A DNA stretch of 64,000 nucleotides from Klebsormidium nitens. Lineage: Eukaryota > Plantae > Klebsormidiophyceae. Both the position numbers and the translations under genes were made by a program. Below are positions 23,774 through 36,634 of the stretch, piece after piece. Each line of letters starts with the position of its first letter. The stretch's first letter is position 1. The notes below the pieces were generated by a model. The model was given only the letters and a program-made list of their open reading frames with translations. It was not told the DNA's origin and made no database searches. Where the stretch lies: assembly GCA_000708835.1 (NCBI GenBank), contig DF237125.1:62001-126000 (forward strand), read 5' to 3'.

Positions 23774-26700
23774 ATGGCTACTGCGCGGGCCGTTCTTCAG
23801 GTCTTTGAGGAGTACCAGAAGGCTCGCATCAAATTCGTGCAAACGGTTGCAGAACTAGCAGCAAAGCCTCAGGTGAGAGGGAAGGTCAGGTTCCGGGTCA
23901 ATGGGCATCAAGAGAGGCAATGTTGACGAACCATACCTCTATCAAGCACACCAACATGCTAGCAAGACTTTCACAGAACTCTGGTGTAGGGGTAAATCCA
24001 GCCACAGATATGTTTGATCGGCAAGCAGACAAAAACCTACATGCAAGAATCTTTAATGTAGCGGGAAACAGCCGAATCTAGGAGGTTTAGAAGCCTCATG
24101 GGTAACAGCTGGGGGGCATTTACCTACTCTTTAACAAGACGCTGTTTCTTTCAAAAGGCTAAGGGGCCCTTTGAAAGGCATTGGTGGCCTTGTGGAACAT
24201 TCTTCACAAGAAAGGGCCTTTTGCTGACAGATCTCTGCCTCTTTTCCAAGACTTGGAAGCGAGTCTCTTGGCGAAACTTGTCAATATTGGAGAACAGCCC
24301 CACTATATGCAGCGGAGAGGGAAGTTTTGAAGTGGTTATTGCTGGAAGGACCTGCATGGTTGTGCTGTCCAGAACCATGGGAGACATTGCAAAAGCTCAC
24401 TTCCTTCTTAGTAACGTTTCAAAGCAACGCTTAGCTCTGCTTACCGCATGGGCACTGTCTCAAAATAAGAAACACTGAAAATTCTTCCATGCTGAGTATC
24501 TTCGAATGGCAGTCAGCTTCTTCATCGGTGAGATGTAGAGAAGACAGAATCACTGAGCTTACCACATTCGAACTCCTTGCAGAACATAGAAGCGCTTGAG
24601 GCTGCAGGGCTGCTGGCCCTCCTGCGGCCCCTCCTTCTCGACAGCGTTCCTAGCATCCAGCAGTCGGCGGCGCTCGCCCTGGGCCGCTTGGCTAACACAA
24701 ACGATGACCTGGCGGAAGCGGTCGTCAACAATGACATCCTCCCGCAGCTCGTGTATTCTCTGACTGACCAGGTAAGGGATAGTCCTTACCGCGGTAAGGT
24801 TAAGAACCGGATGTTTTGCAAGAAAGACACCCTTTTCCGCTTGGCTTTGAAAGGATGAATGAGGACTGAGCAGAGGCAGCCATTGCGAATATTGTTCCTC
24901 TAGATCCTGCGGACTCTTTTAAAGTTCGATCTAGTTGTAAGTCGTTCAAACGAACTGTGAGCCGGAAAGGAAGACCAACTTTGGTGCACAAGTTTTCTTG
25001 ATAGTCAAGAATGTCGTTTCACTTACGTGAGCCCGTGAGCCCTCGAAGTTGACCTCGAGGTCGTTTAGAAATGTTGGAAGAGCGAACCGCTGGGCATATC
25101 TAAGCCCGATTTGGGAACTGGCATGGAAACGACGGTCTCTACAGGAACATCTATCTCGCCACTGTCCCTTATTCGTGGTACCGGGCTCTCTTTTCGTTGC
25201 TTGCCTTGTTTTCCAACACACAAGTGGACGCCGTTCTGAATTATCGTCCTTGGCATCTACAGAACCGGTTCTACAAGAAGGCGGCAGCATTCGTTCTGCG
25301 GGCGGTGGCAAAGCACAGCGCACCGCTCGCGCAAGCCGTCGTGGACAGTGGGGCGCTCGATGCGCTGGTGAGTGGACGTATTGACAATCTTCTGTCGCCT
25401 AACCAGTAACGGATGATCTATACTGAACTGCAAAGGGAGCTTCGAAAGAAAGACAAGAGCTAAATTCGGTCCGATGCTTTGCCGAGGCTTCTGTTCTGCT
25501 TGCGAAGAGATCTTGTTGAGGCGGTCAGAGCAGCGCAGCAATGAGAATACACTAGGGTGACCTAACGATCGACACGTATTCGGAGCTCATACAGCTCTGA
25601 ATAGTAACCGATGACGAAACGTCGACTGCAGCTGAGACCTAAGACCCGTTTTATTTGAGGAACAGGTGATGAGAATTGAACAACCTTAGCTTCTTAAAGG
25701 AAGTTCCGCCACGTGGTGCCACTTCGACCACTCAGAAGAGGCATGTGACCAGAGGCCAATCTCCAATGCTGACTTCATTTCCTGACAGGTGGCATGTCTA
25801 GAGGAGTTCGACCCTGGCGTGAAGGAGGCTGCCGCTTGGGCTTTGGGCTATATCGCCCGTCACAACGCAGAGCTCGCGCAAGCTGTGGTGGATGCGGGGG
25901 CGGTGCCGCTTCTGGTGCTATGCATACAGGTGGGGGCCCTTCCTGCTCTGCTCGTTGTATCAACAGGTTTTGCTTCAAGTATTGGCTACTGATTCGATTT
26001 GCAGTGCGAGGCAAAATAAATTGAATGACAAGAGTCGGCTTCTGTCGCGTCCATGAATTCAAGAACAAGAGTCCGCTTGTGTCGCTTCTTAGTGCAGAAC
26101 ATTTCGTGTCTTGGTAAAGCGCCCAGTCGGCAGGGAATACGGTGTCCGTTGCATATTGCATGAGAAAAACTGCTTTACGGGGCTTTTGTCAGGTGCTGCA
26201 GCCTGTCGCCCGGTGCTTGAAAGGGATAGGCTCCGAGCCGGTTCTTATGACAAGAGCAGACACGAGTCATGACTGGTTCGACGATCCTAAACCTGAAGTT
26301 AGGTGCAAAATCCGCTTGGCCCGTACAATTGCAGGAGCCGGAGCTGTCGCTGAAGCGCGTCGCCGCGAGCTCCCTGGCTGACGTCAGCAAGCACTCCCCC
26401 GAGATGGCGCAGGCGGTGGTGGACGCCGGGGCGGTGCCGTACGTGGCGGCGCTGATCATCAACCCGGACGGGAAACTGAAACGACAGGTCCGTAGAATTC
26501 TTCTCGATCATGCACTAGTTCGTTCGCCAGGAAAACGACGAAAAGGAGTCTCACAATCTGGCAACTGGCAACGGACGAGGCAGAGCGCGAACTCACAGCT
26601 TCCTCTATCAAATGGTTTTCCTGGGAGTTTGACTTGTCGGACAATAATCTAGGCGATGAGTACAGCTTTTAGTACGAGCGAGGGTTTAATCTTCATGTGA

Positions 26701-29168
26701 CGGTTTTTTGGAGATAACGTGTTGCTTTGAAGGTGCGCTAAGCGTTCCGTTCCGCCGCTGTTCCGTTGCAGATCTGCGCGTGCCTGGCCCAGATCGCGAA
26801 GCACAGTGTCGATCTGGCGGAAGTGGTGGTTGAGGCTGACATCTTCCCCAAGATCCTCACGGCGCTCAAGGTACAGCGCCGCGCGAACCCCAAAGAAGAA
26901 GAACAAAAGATGATGATAGTTCGACAAGCCGATTGGACCTGCGGTTGCGGAGTTGTTTTCGATTAGATCCCTTAATGACGTCAGATCGAGGTTCAGAAAT
27001 AAAGGGATCAAAGGACATGCGCGCGGACGATTTCAAGAAGAAGTACACCTTAATGACGCGCTTCTGATATTCTATTCCTCTCAGAGCCGCTATTGACGTG
27101 CTTTCCAAGTGTCCGGATGACCCTTTCCTTTCCAAGGCCCTGAAAGCACTGTACCTGTGTCGTTGTTCCGCTGACTTCCCTTTTCCCCTCGTTTCAGTCG
27201 GAGTTTCCGGAAGTGCAAGTATGATGACTAACTTTTAGAGGAACAGATAGACCCAAGTTTGACTCGAGGACTCCCAAAACCATGACAACAAACCTAGAAG
27301 GAAGGCATCCTTGCATCTGAGTGAACATTCTGACATTTGTCTACGACTTTCTTTCAGCTTTACCCGGGTGAGTAGGACCTTTCACACTCGTAGAAACTTT
27401 CGTTCTTAGATCTGCAACCCTTTCTACCCCTCATCCTCGTTCCTGATCCCCGTCTGCCACGTGTCGCCAGGACGTGGACCTAGTGGTGCGCAAGCACGCC
27501 GCCACCGCAGTGCGCGAAGTCGCGAAGCACAGCCCCGAGCTCGCGCAGCTCATCGTCAGCTGCGGCGGCGTGGGTGCGCTAGTAGACTACACGGCTAGCG
27601 CGGAAGGCAATCAGCGGCTTCCGGGGATCATGGCGCTGGGTTACATCGCGGCCTTTTCGGAGACGCTCGCGCTGGGAGTGATTGCGTCGAAGGGGGTGCC
27701 GCCGCTCGTTGCGGGGCTGGCCGCGGTGAGGCAAACCCTTCCAGATACAATTTGAGCCCTACGTTATCCCAACGAGGATAACCAGGATGCTCTGTGGGCG
27801 TATTTGAAAAGGCGAATAGCGCGAGAGTTCCCACATCCGTGCAACATGTTCCGAATCTCTTTGCGCGCTGAGAAGCTGGGCAACAACCCGTTCCTTGATG
27901 GATTCGTGCTACTTGTTCCGCTTGTCTGATCCTTGGAAACCATTTCATGGAGAGATACGCTGATCTGCTCTTGTCACGATAACAGCTCAAGTATCCTGGA
28001 GCTTGTAACGCTAGGACTCTTAATAAGTAATGCCAAGGCTCTTCACCTCGTGGACACAAAAGAACCTCCCCATACATCCAACGGATGATAGGTCCTGACA
28101 AATCACTTGCTGCCACGTGGCGCTCTCCAGGACTCCGAAGACCACATCCGCGCCGCGTCGGCCTGGTCGCTCGGGCAGGTGGGCCGCCACAGCCCCGACC
28201 ACGCGAAGGCGCTCGCGGACGCGGGCGCGCTCGGCGCGCTCGTGGAGGGTTTCGCGGCCGCGGGCGGCTCCGAGGATCTGACGACCAAGTGTAAACGCGC
28301 GCTCAAGCAGATCATCGAACGGCTGACGTACCTGCCCGCGCTGGACAGCTTGCTGCTGGACCCGCACATACCAGGTGAGAAGCAGGGTTGACTTTCTTGA
28401 ATAAGTTGTTGAGTCTTGGGAATTCAGGAGAATATGTGGCCGGCCAAGATAGCTCGTCCTCAGATCCGTAAGCTTCAGAAAGGCTAGGACTTTTTCGCAG
28501 TCTTCTAAGAGGAAGCTCGAGTCGTGGCGACGCTTTCTGACTTGCTCAGATGCCATCTCCAAAAACCCCAGAAAAGTGATGGACGTCTCTACAGAAAGCG
28601 CATGCTTGCCGCTACCACCTTGTACAAAGTATACTTTTATGACGTCAGAATATCAAGGGATCTTAGATCCTATACCGTCATGTCAGGAAGGAATGAAATT
28701 TCTCGCTCCCTTTGTCAATCAAAGTTCGCACAATCCGTCTCCTCCCTGCCGGCGTGTTCGAGCCTTTTCTGCGAGTGAGCATGCAAGGTCTCCCTCTTTA
28801 CAAACAAGCGCTTGATTCAGCCCCTGCCCTTTTCTTATGGAATTTGATATCGAGACCCTCTTCGTTGCTTGTGACTTTAGTACGCTCATCCTGATCACTG
28901 ATTGTAAGTCTTCTTTCTGCGTTCAGAGGGCGTGGTCAAGTACGTTCTCCACCAAGTGAGCAAGGTGCTGCCCAACGATCCGGACGGCCGGACGCGCTTC
29001 GTGACGTCCGGCGGATTCGCCAAGGTGCAGCAGCTGCAGGCGCCCAGCGGGTCCAAGGTCAAGGACTACGTGGACGCCATCAATAGCTTATACCCCGAGG
29101 AGATCGTACGCTATTACTCGCCGGGCTACTCACAACAGCTGTTGGAGAAGCTACAGAACATGAGCTAA
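23774..29168 (+). CDS. PF16: Axonemal central-apparatus armadillo-repeat protein PF16/SPAG6
   Basis: Exons 23774-23872, 24583-24771, 25263-25367, 25789-25929, 26335-26487, 26772-26870, 27471-27725, 28131-28374, 28927-29168. Hallmark sequences MATARAVLQVFEEYQKARIKFVQTVAELA, LEEFDPGVKEAAAWALGYIARHNAELAQAVVDAGAVPLLVLC and YPEEIVRYYSPGYS. Confidence 0.97.
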
Positions 29169-30048
29169 CGCGAAGGGGCCGCTTGAGGAAGATTCGAGTG
29201 GAAGCCGGTTATGGTGGATGGAAAAGCTCTGCTTAGCGCGCAGGAAATCGGTTTAGCAGTACTGAGATTCATCCGACCAGGCTTTGAGACATGGTGGCAC
29301 TTGCCGCCTTGGACGCAACATTGTCGATTTGTGTAGATATTTTTGATGTCAAGAGATCCTTGTACGCCTCATTGTCCGCAGGCTCCTTGGCCCCAGAATG
29401 ACTGTGCCGGCCAATTGAACAAGCTTGCAGCCGTTCAATGCATGGCGCCCAAAACGTTTTGTACTTTCGACGTAAAGACGTTAGCACAACTCGGCATCTT
29501 GTCTTGTTAACGCAAGGAAGCACGGCGAGGTGCGAGTAACCTTGGTACAGAATGTGCGAAAGTTGCAGTTTGGATGGTCTTTAGGCACACGGGCATACTT
29601 GGCATCTAGATATATTGAGACGCACGGTCAGCCTTGCGGTCCGCCTTGCAAACAGCCTGAGACGAAATCTAATAAAGAGGTATTGGGGCAGTACTTCGCC
29701 ATCGTTCACGAATAAATATTTGGAATAATCGACGAGCCTTCGACCTTTTGAAATCGTTGATGTCGGGCGGCTGGTTCACCTCTGACGACCAGGAACCTAA
29801 TCTTATCTGTTGAATTCCACTTCTCGGCGTCGCATATTAAGTTTGAGAGCCCCGTCACTGACAAACCCTGAAAGCCCGCGCGACCGCGAGCTGGCGCCTT
29901 GCGGCCGCGTGACCTTTATTTGAGCGGCCGGGGCCGCCGCTGCGAACGTACGCACCCTGTACGTACCTGGTTTTGTTTCTTACCTAAGGAAAACATCTTT
30001 TCAACTAGGTGATCTTTCATTCGGTGGTTCTTGACAAAGAGCTTGCGT

Positions 30049-31293
30049 ATGGCGGCAGCTTGCGGAGACTCCGAGTGTGAGAAGCTCTTCTTCAACAGCT
30101 CGAGGGGATCTGATGTCCTGTTGACTCTCCAATCAGAATCTGTGGTCCATGAAGAGATATCTGGAGCGCGCAAGAACGTTGCAGCGGGTGAAGTGACTCT
30201 CTGCTTGCATAGCACGGTTCTTAAGAAATACAGCGGGTTCTTTGAGACCCTTCTCTCAGGCAGGTGGAAAGAGTATGAGGCCACGGGTAACTCCCCTGCA
30301 ATTCTGACGCTGAAGGATTGCAAGGAAGTAGCATCTTATGAGAAGGTCCTGCAATATTTGTACAACCTCGAGAATGGCCCTTATGTGCAGTTCAGAAAGC
30401 TCTTCTGCAGCGTGCGGGCCGCGATAGGACTATTTGAAGCTGCCAACCATTTGCAGATTCTCTCCCTGAGAGAAAGAGCTCTGGGTTACATTGAGGCAAT
30501 TCCTTGGAACCTGGAGGAGATGCGACTTGTTCAGGAGCTTTGTGAGCAGGAGATCGGCACCTGCGTGCTGCACCTAAGAGAGCGTTTGGCACAAGCGCCG
30601 GTTCCTGTTGAGGACTTCCGAGAAGAGATTCTGATTGGATTACTGAAGCAAGATGGGAGCGAGGAGATCCGAACCATCGCACTTGAGCTGCTTGGAAAGG
30701 GGGGCTTCGACGACGCCATGCTCGAGAATGTTTTTGCGACGAGTCTAGAGGCTTTGAAAGAGAAGGCAAAGAGGCTGCTGTTCAGGGAAGTTTCAGAATA
30801 TAGCGATCTCAAGAAGGTTCTCAAAAGCTTATGGATGTTGACCAGCCTCTTGATAGAGATTGGTAGAGACGTGTTGACAGTGCTGAAATTGATGAAGGAG
30901 GATATTGAGGATCACGGTGTCTTTTTCAGAGGACATTTATGGGATGAGGATTGGCGGGAGATTTTCCACGAACAGTTCTATCAGCATCTGATCTCGGCTC
31001 TTCGAAGGGGCAACCCGTCTTTGCCTCACGATTCCCGGGCGTTCGTTGTGAGCCTGTGGTTTCCGGGGACTCGCCGCGAAAAAAAGAGGGGATTCCTGAG
31101 TCGAGAGGCTAGAGTCACTGCAGAAAGAGCCGTGTTTGAAACACTCCGTTCGAATGACCAGAGGACGTGCTTGAGTAACTGGCTGGAAAAGCTACCTGCT
31201 TCATTAGCATGGAACCCAACTTTGAAGGACTGGCTCATCAGCCCGTTGGAGTCCGGGTCTACAGGAGTAAGTGATGAAGTGCTGGTAGGTTAA
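30049..31293 (+). CDS. BTB/POZ domain protein, paralog 1 (most divergent copy)
   Basis: Uninterrupted ORF with SDVLLTL...LHSTVLKKYSGFFETLLSGRW, and LRERALGYIEAIPW (BTB core plus the following helical region). A possible donor GTAAGT at 31267 may give an alternative C-terminus. Confidence 0.88.
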   Translation: MAAACGDSECEKLFFNSSRGSDVLLTLQSESVVHEEISGARKNVAAGEVTLCLHSTVLKKYSGFFETLLSGRWKEYEATGNSPAILTLKDCKEVASYEKVLQYLYNLENGPYVQFRKLFCSVRAAIGLFEAANHLQILSLRERALGYIEAIPWNLEEMRLVQELCEQEIGTCVLHLRERLAQAPVPVEDFREEILIGLLKQDGSEEIRTIALELLGKGGFDDAMLENVFATSLEALKEKAKRLLFREVSEYSDLKKVLKSLWMLTSLLIEIGRDVLTVLKLMKEDIEDHGVFFRGHLWDEDWREIFHEQFYQHLISALRRGNPSLPHDSRAFVVSLWFPGTRREKKRGFLSREARVTAERAVFETLRSNDQRTCLSNWLEKLPASLAWNPTLKDWLISPLESGSTGVSDEVLVG

Positions 31294-32824
31294 GGGAATG
31301 GTTCACCATTTTTCGTTGTCACTTCGAGGCTGCTTTGAATTCATTTCTAACATGAAGAGCAAGGGCCATTGTGATCTACGTTTTTGTCTGATACGAGAGT
31401 TCATATGCCTTGAGATGAAGCGTCGACAATCACAAAAGAATGATCGATCGCGCTGTTTCATTCACAGCTTAAGTAAGAGGTAGTTGACCCGAACATATCC
31501 CATTTAGTCGTTCTGCTAAGCTTCGCAAAGCCCTTCGATCATGTACTTGCTCGAACCATGGCATATTTGGAGTTTAGCAGAGTGTTGTGGTCGGGCGTCT
31601 CTTTTTATCATCTTGCAGCGTGTCGACAGTCGTGTTGGACAGACCTTTTCAATTCATTGACCGTGAGGCTCTTCGGAAGTATCCAGCCTGTCTCATTTTC
31701 TCGCAAAAGCCACGGCACGTCAATAACTTCGAATCTGAATTGCGTGTTTGCAGGAACGGAACAAACGCATGGGATGCTACAATTTGAAGGCTACATCCAA
31801 TTTTCCGCAAAAACCTGAAACGTACCATGAGACTGCATAAATTTGTCAGAGATATGAGCCAACTCCTCGTTTAATTAGTGATCTCCTCTCCCTCTTGACA
31901 GGTTGAACTGTCTTCCTGAGGAGAATTCAGCTGCTGGAGCCGTCTGAATCCGCTTCTTAGAAATGCTGGTAGAATTTCTAACATCGAGAGGAACGTAACG
32001 CTGAGATCTGAAAGCGAAACGCTGCAATGGGGTCTTCAAAAATGCTCCTAGCTTGGGGCTTGACGGCCGTCGTTCCTAGTGGCGGACCGCAAGATTGAAC
32101 AAGAGCTGCTAAGGAGTAAAAGATAAGCTGTGAATGAATTCTGATATCCGTTCTCTGATAGAGACGTGACTCACTTGTGAAAAGGGTTGAGCTTAGCATG
32201 TCAACAACATGGTTGCGATAAAAGTCCCCAGTCCCCAGTCCCAAACCTTGAGCACAGCTCGGTTGATCGATTCTTATCATGTCGAATCTGTCGGATCCAC
32301 TCAAACGTAGACCTTCTCAGGGCAGATAAGACTCTGAGCTTGGAAGTAAGAAGAGATGCAAACGTCCCGAGGTGTTCGGGACGCGTTCAGCTTAAAGGGT
32401 TCTGTCTGCAATTGATGCGCATCAATCTGTATGTTCACGAGCCATCTTTTTTAAGTGCAAATCGCATGTATCGTGTGAACGATTAGTATACCGCGTGTGT
32501 ATTATAATGCACGATCCTGCCGTACAATCTGTAAAGTCCCAGCATGCTCCGGACGTCGTTACCTTCATTGAAACGCACCATGAGATTGATGATCCTTCGA
32601 TCAACTGACTTGTGGGTTTCGAGCTGGTGCATGGCGCTGCACTGGCTTCTAGCTCGGGACGAGCGCGGCGGGCGGCAGAGGTTTTGCAGATTTCGGAACC
32701 TCAAGGCCGCGCCGCACGCGCGCGGCTGGCAAGGGGCGGCCGCGCAGTGGTTGTCCTGGCGCGACCGTCGATGTTTGCATGACGCCCATTGCTTTAGTAC
32801 TTTTGATGTAGCTTGTTTAGAAAA

Positions 32825-34317
32825 ATGGCGGCTGCTGGCGGCGCAGCAGACCCTAGAACACTGACGTTCTCTTTCGATAGTGCACAAGATTCCGATGTTC
32901 TGCTAACGCTTCAAACAGCAGGAGAGAATGGCCAGGGGAGGCTTGAGTGGGAGAAGCATTACGCAGACTTTGACACTGTAAACTTGCACAGCGCAGTTCT
33001 CAGGAGGCACAGCAAGTTCTTCGATACTCTGCTTTCAGAAAGATGGACAGGGAACGATGTGAACGCAAGCAGGACTACTGTGACTCTGAAGGGTTGCGAA
33101 GATGCGGGAAAGCCTGCATATGAATCCGTCCTTTCGTATATGTATGACGTGGAAAATGGTCTCTATGCGCCTGAGAGGAGCCTCTTCTGTGACGTGGAAA
33201 GTGCAGTACGAATCTTCCGAGCCGCCAATCGTCTGGAGATGTTATCACTGCGTCAGAAAGCTCTGGATTACCTTGCGGCAGTGCCATGGAATGAAGAAAA
33301 GAGAAAATGCGTTGAAGAACTTTGCAAGGTGGATAATGGCGACGCCGGAGCACAGCCCCTTCAAGCACGCCTAGCGCCCAAGACAGCTCTTAGCGATGAA
33401 CTCAGAGAGCTAACCTTGATTCGATTGCTGGACGAGAAGTTTAGCGAGCATGTCAAAAGCATCCTCTCCGAGCTCATCGAGATTGGTGCTTTCAAGAAGG
33501 CAATGCTTGACAACGTCTTTGGAGAGACCTCAAAGATTTTGAGGGATTGGCAAAAAGACATGAACAAAGACAGATCCTGGGAATTAGAGATGACAGGAGA
33601 TTTCGTTCATAAGCTGCGAATGTTGATGACCTTTATGATGGAAACTGGCCGTGACGTTTCTCCAATCCTGGACCTGTTACGAGAGGACTATGAAGATTGG
33701 AGCGGACTCTTTTTCTTGGCTTTTGGCAGCGATGAGTACAACGAAAAAAGGAGAGAACTCTGGCAGGAACACTTTTACCAGCACCTGATCAAGATAGCAA
33801 CGAGCGGAAAGCCGCCTTTCACGGACGCGCAACGGGCCTTGGTTGTGAAGTTGTGGGTCCCCCCTGGCCGTGGGGTTTACAACCAGCTGGATGCGATGAA
33901 GCAGGGACGAGAAAAGGACGTTGCGGCCCACGTCATGGCCGTCCTCAGTACTCTCTTGCCAAGCGTACAATATGAGATCTATAAGAAGTGGTTGCGAGAC
34001 ATCTTCGACATGGCGGCATGGGTTCCCTGGCTGAAGGACTGGCTAACGGTACGTCTTCCCAAGAACCTCACGATTTGAAGCTTGTTATCCAAGGTTTATA
34101 ATCTTGCAACATTCCATGTTTACAGCAATACGATCAAGCTTTACAATGAGTGCATAAGGTTGCCGCATCTGGCATCTGTGTTTGCTTCAAATCTGTTTCA
34201 GTACGTCCTGATCTGCTGGACAATTCAAACGAGATGGCCTTTCTCCAGGAGAGGCTGCTGCCTTCAAGCCTCAGCAGCGAGCTCAATCCCAGGAAACGAA
34301 AGACCCCAGGCTACTAG
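32825..34317 (+). CDS. BTB/POZ domain protein, paralog 2
   Basis: Long exon 32825-34048 (donor gtacgt) plus tail exon 34249-34317 (ERLLPSSLSSELNPRKRKTPGY*). The unspliced ORF stops at 34078. BTB core SDVLLTL...LHSAVLRRHSKFFDTLLSERW. Confidence 0.88.
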
Positions 34318-35525
34318 GCGGTGAGCCCGGCATACCGTCCTGCAATTGTGCAGGGTTTTTCAAAGGTGGCGCTTCGTTTCAAACACAAAATCCACGCCTG
34401 CGTCTACTGGTTTCGCCGGGACGAGTGTGGATAAAGATTATTGGGAAGGTTTGAGATCGCAGCAGGTTTGAGATTGCTTCTAAAGATTGTTTTCAGATCT
34501 GTAGCAGCAATCATGCGTTGAAGGCTCACTTCGTTTCATCCAGTCGGATCTCAGATGACGGTGTGCGGAGTGCTTCTCCAATATAATGCAGACATGCCCC
34601 ATAAGAGCTGCGCCGACGCCAGCAGGTCGGGAAACAATGAGGGCGACGGACAGCGGGTGATAAGTAGGGCACGTCTTTGGGCAACCTTTCAAACCAGAGA
34701 CCTGCAAGTCATGATTTGCTAATGGAACACCTACTTCTTTTCGTTCAGGTATGAAAAACACGGCGTCCGTAAAGGAAGGAGCTGAGCAAGCGAAGTGGTG
34801 AGGATTCTGGATTGAGCAGGCTGAAAGGCTGTTGGATTGAACAGCGTACGAAGCTAGTCAGCTCCTCAGAACATCGTAATACTAGTCGGCAAGTCCCTTG
34901 ATAAGGCTCTAGGTCAGCCAGTTTGACTGAGTTTAACAACGTCGATGAAAGAGAGCTCGTCGGATCATACTTTAAAAATAGAATTATCTGCTTTTTGGCC
35001 TTCGATGCACATCAAATCTTCAAAATGCAAACGTACGAAGTCGAGCATCCTTCAACTTGGTCCTTTAAGGACGTACTTCGGAAAAAATGAACTGGCGAGC
35101 ACGGTTGCAACGCAGTGACCAGTTATGAGAATGTGTAGAATGCCGAACCGGGATTAGCTGGCCGGGGCGCGGCCAAACATATGGCTGCTGAATAGAAGGA
35201 TGCCAGTCACTCAAGCCTGAGCCCCCCTTGACTGAGCTCACTTTCTTAACGACGAGACCTAGCATGGTAGGGCGGCCGTACCGGCCATGTACGTCCTGGT
35301 GCTCAGTATGGCGCCAGGTGCCATGACGCGGCGCACGGCGCTGCATAGAACTGTTAAGTTACAGAACTGAGCGCTGTCAGGCCGTTGATGCTTAGGCGCC
35401 ATGCACGTACATGCTCAGAATGATTTCCACGTGAGCTGGTGTGCCAGCATGTGCACCCGTACGCATGTGCAGTGTGCAGTGCGGCCAGCGAAGGGGCGGC
35501 TGCATAAGTAAGTCAATAGGTTCAA

Positions 35526-35744
35526 CTGCAAGATCGCTTGGCGATAGGTGGCAACACCGTTTCAAGGCCTCTTCTTGTATCAACCTCAAATTGTTCGAAT
35601 CCCTTTGACGATTCTGCCCTCTATTAGTCGGACAGGCATCCACATTTACGGACTGACATCGACAACGTAGGTCAGCTTCGTGCCTTCGACCTCGCCATCC
35701 AATCTTTGTCGGCTACTTCGGGACTCATGCCTTACTTCAGCCTG
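35526..35744 (-). pseudogene. Orphaned, disabled copy of the last exon of the SRPBCC gene (original at 39927-40151)
   Basis: Closely similar to 39935-40154 (AEVRHESRSS.QRLDGEVEGTKL.YVV.VSP). Gln codon CAA is changed to TAA (35646-35648), there is a 1-bp deletion near 35595-35605, and no upstream exons are present. Confidence 0.88.
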
Positions 35745-36634
35745 AACGTAACGCTGAGATTTTATGCCAAATGCTGAAAAGTTGGGGTCTTCGAAAATGC
35801 TTCCAATTTGGGGCTTGACGGCCGTCGTTCCTGGTGGACTACAAAGTGAAAAAGAGCAGCTCATGAGTAAAGGATAACCTGTGAAAGGATTCAGATATCC
35901 GTGTTCTTATAGAGACGTGACTTTCTCGTAGAAAGACGGTTAAGCTTAACATGTAAACAACATGGTTGCAAATGTGAGTCCCCAATCCGAATGGCACTCA
36001 AGCACCGCTCGGTTGACCGATCGTTATCATGTCGAACCTGTCGGATCCATTTAGACGATGACCTTCTCAGGACAGATATAATAGACTCTGAGCGGGCTCT
36101 GAGCTTGGAAGTATGAAGAAGAGATGCAAACGTCCCGAGGTAATGGGGACGCGTTCAGTTCAAAGCTAATTTATCGTCTGGCATGGATGCGGATCAATCT
36201 TTATGTTCACGAGCCACGTTTTCAATATTTCATCCAAGTCAAAGTGCATGTTTTGTGTGCACAATTCCACGTACTCATTATGCCCGATCCTGCCGCACCA
36301 TATGTAAAGTCCCAGAATGCTCCGAATGTCGCTAACTTCGGTTTTACGCGCTAAGATCGATGATCCTTTAGGACTAATCAATCGAGTCGCGGGTTTACGA
36401 GGCGGCGCGCTGCACTGCATGCCCGGGCGCCTTGCATGCCGCGAGTCGGGACGAGCGCGCGCGGCGGGCGGCAGAGGTTTTGCAGTGACCTACCGTTGAG
36501 CGGGAGGCCGCACGCGCGCGGCTTGCAAGGGGCGGCCGCGCAGTGGTCCTGGCGCGACCGTCAAAGCTCAGTGCATGACGCCAATGAATGAGAGGACTTT
36601 GCTTTAGGACTTCAGCTGTAGCTTGGTTAGAAAA

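Larger units (their letters stand above)
31991..35744 (+). repeat. Tandem segmental duplication, unit A (~3.75 kb)
   Basis: Starts GAACGTAACGCTGAGAT (31991; repeated at 35744) and ends ...CCTTACTTCAGCCTG (35744; repeated at 40154). Upstream non-coding region, BTB ORF, tail exon and SRPBCC terminal exon are collinear with unit B. Confidence 0.88.

Noticed and set aside
31978-32304. Peptide similarity TTAVKPQ..SIFEDP between minus ORFs at 31978-32304 and 35646-35864
   Set aside because: Explained by DNA similarity of the duplicated non-coding region; indels break the frame between copies.
32363-32383. GC-rich hairpin CGTCCCGA-N5-TCGGGACG, partly kept at 36131-36151, considered as a Helitron 3' hairpin
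   Set aside because: No CTRR terminus at the expected distance on either strand and no Rep/helicase remnant.
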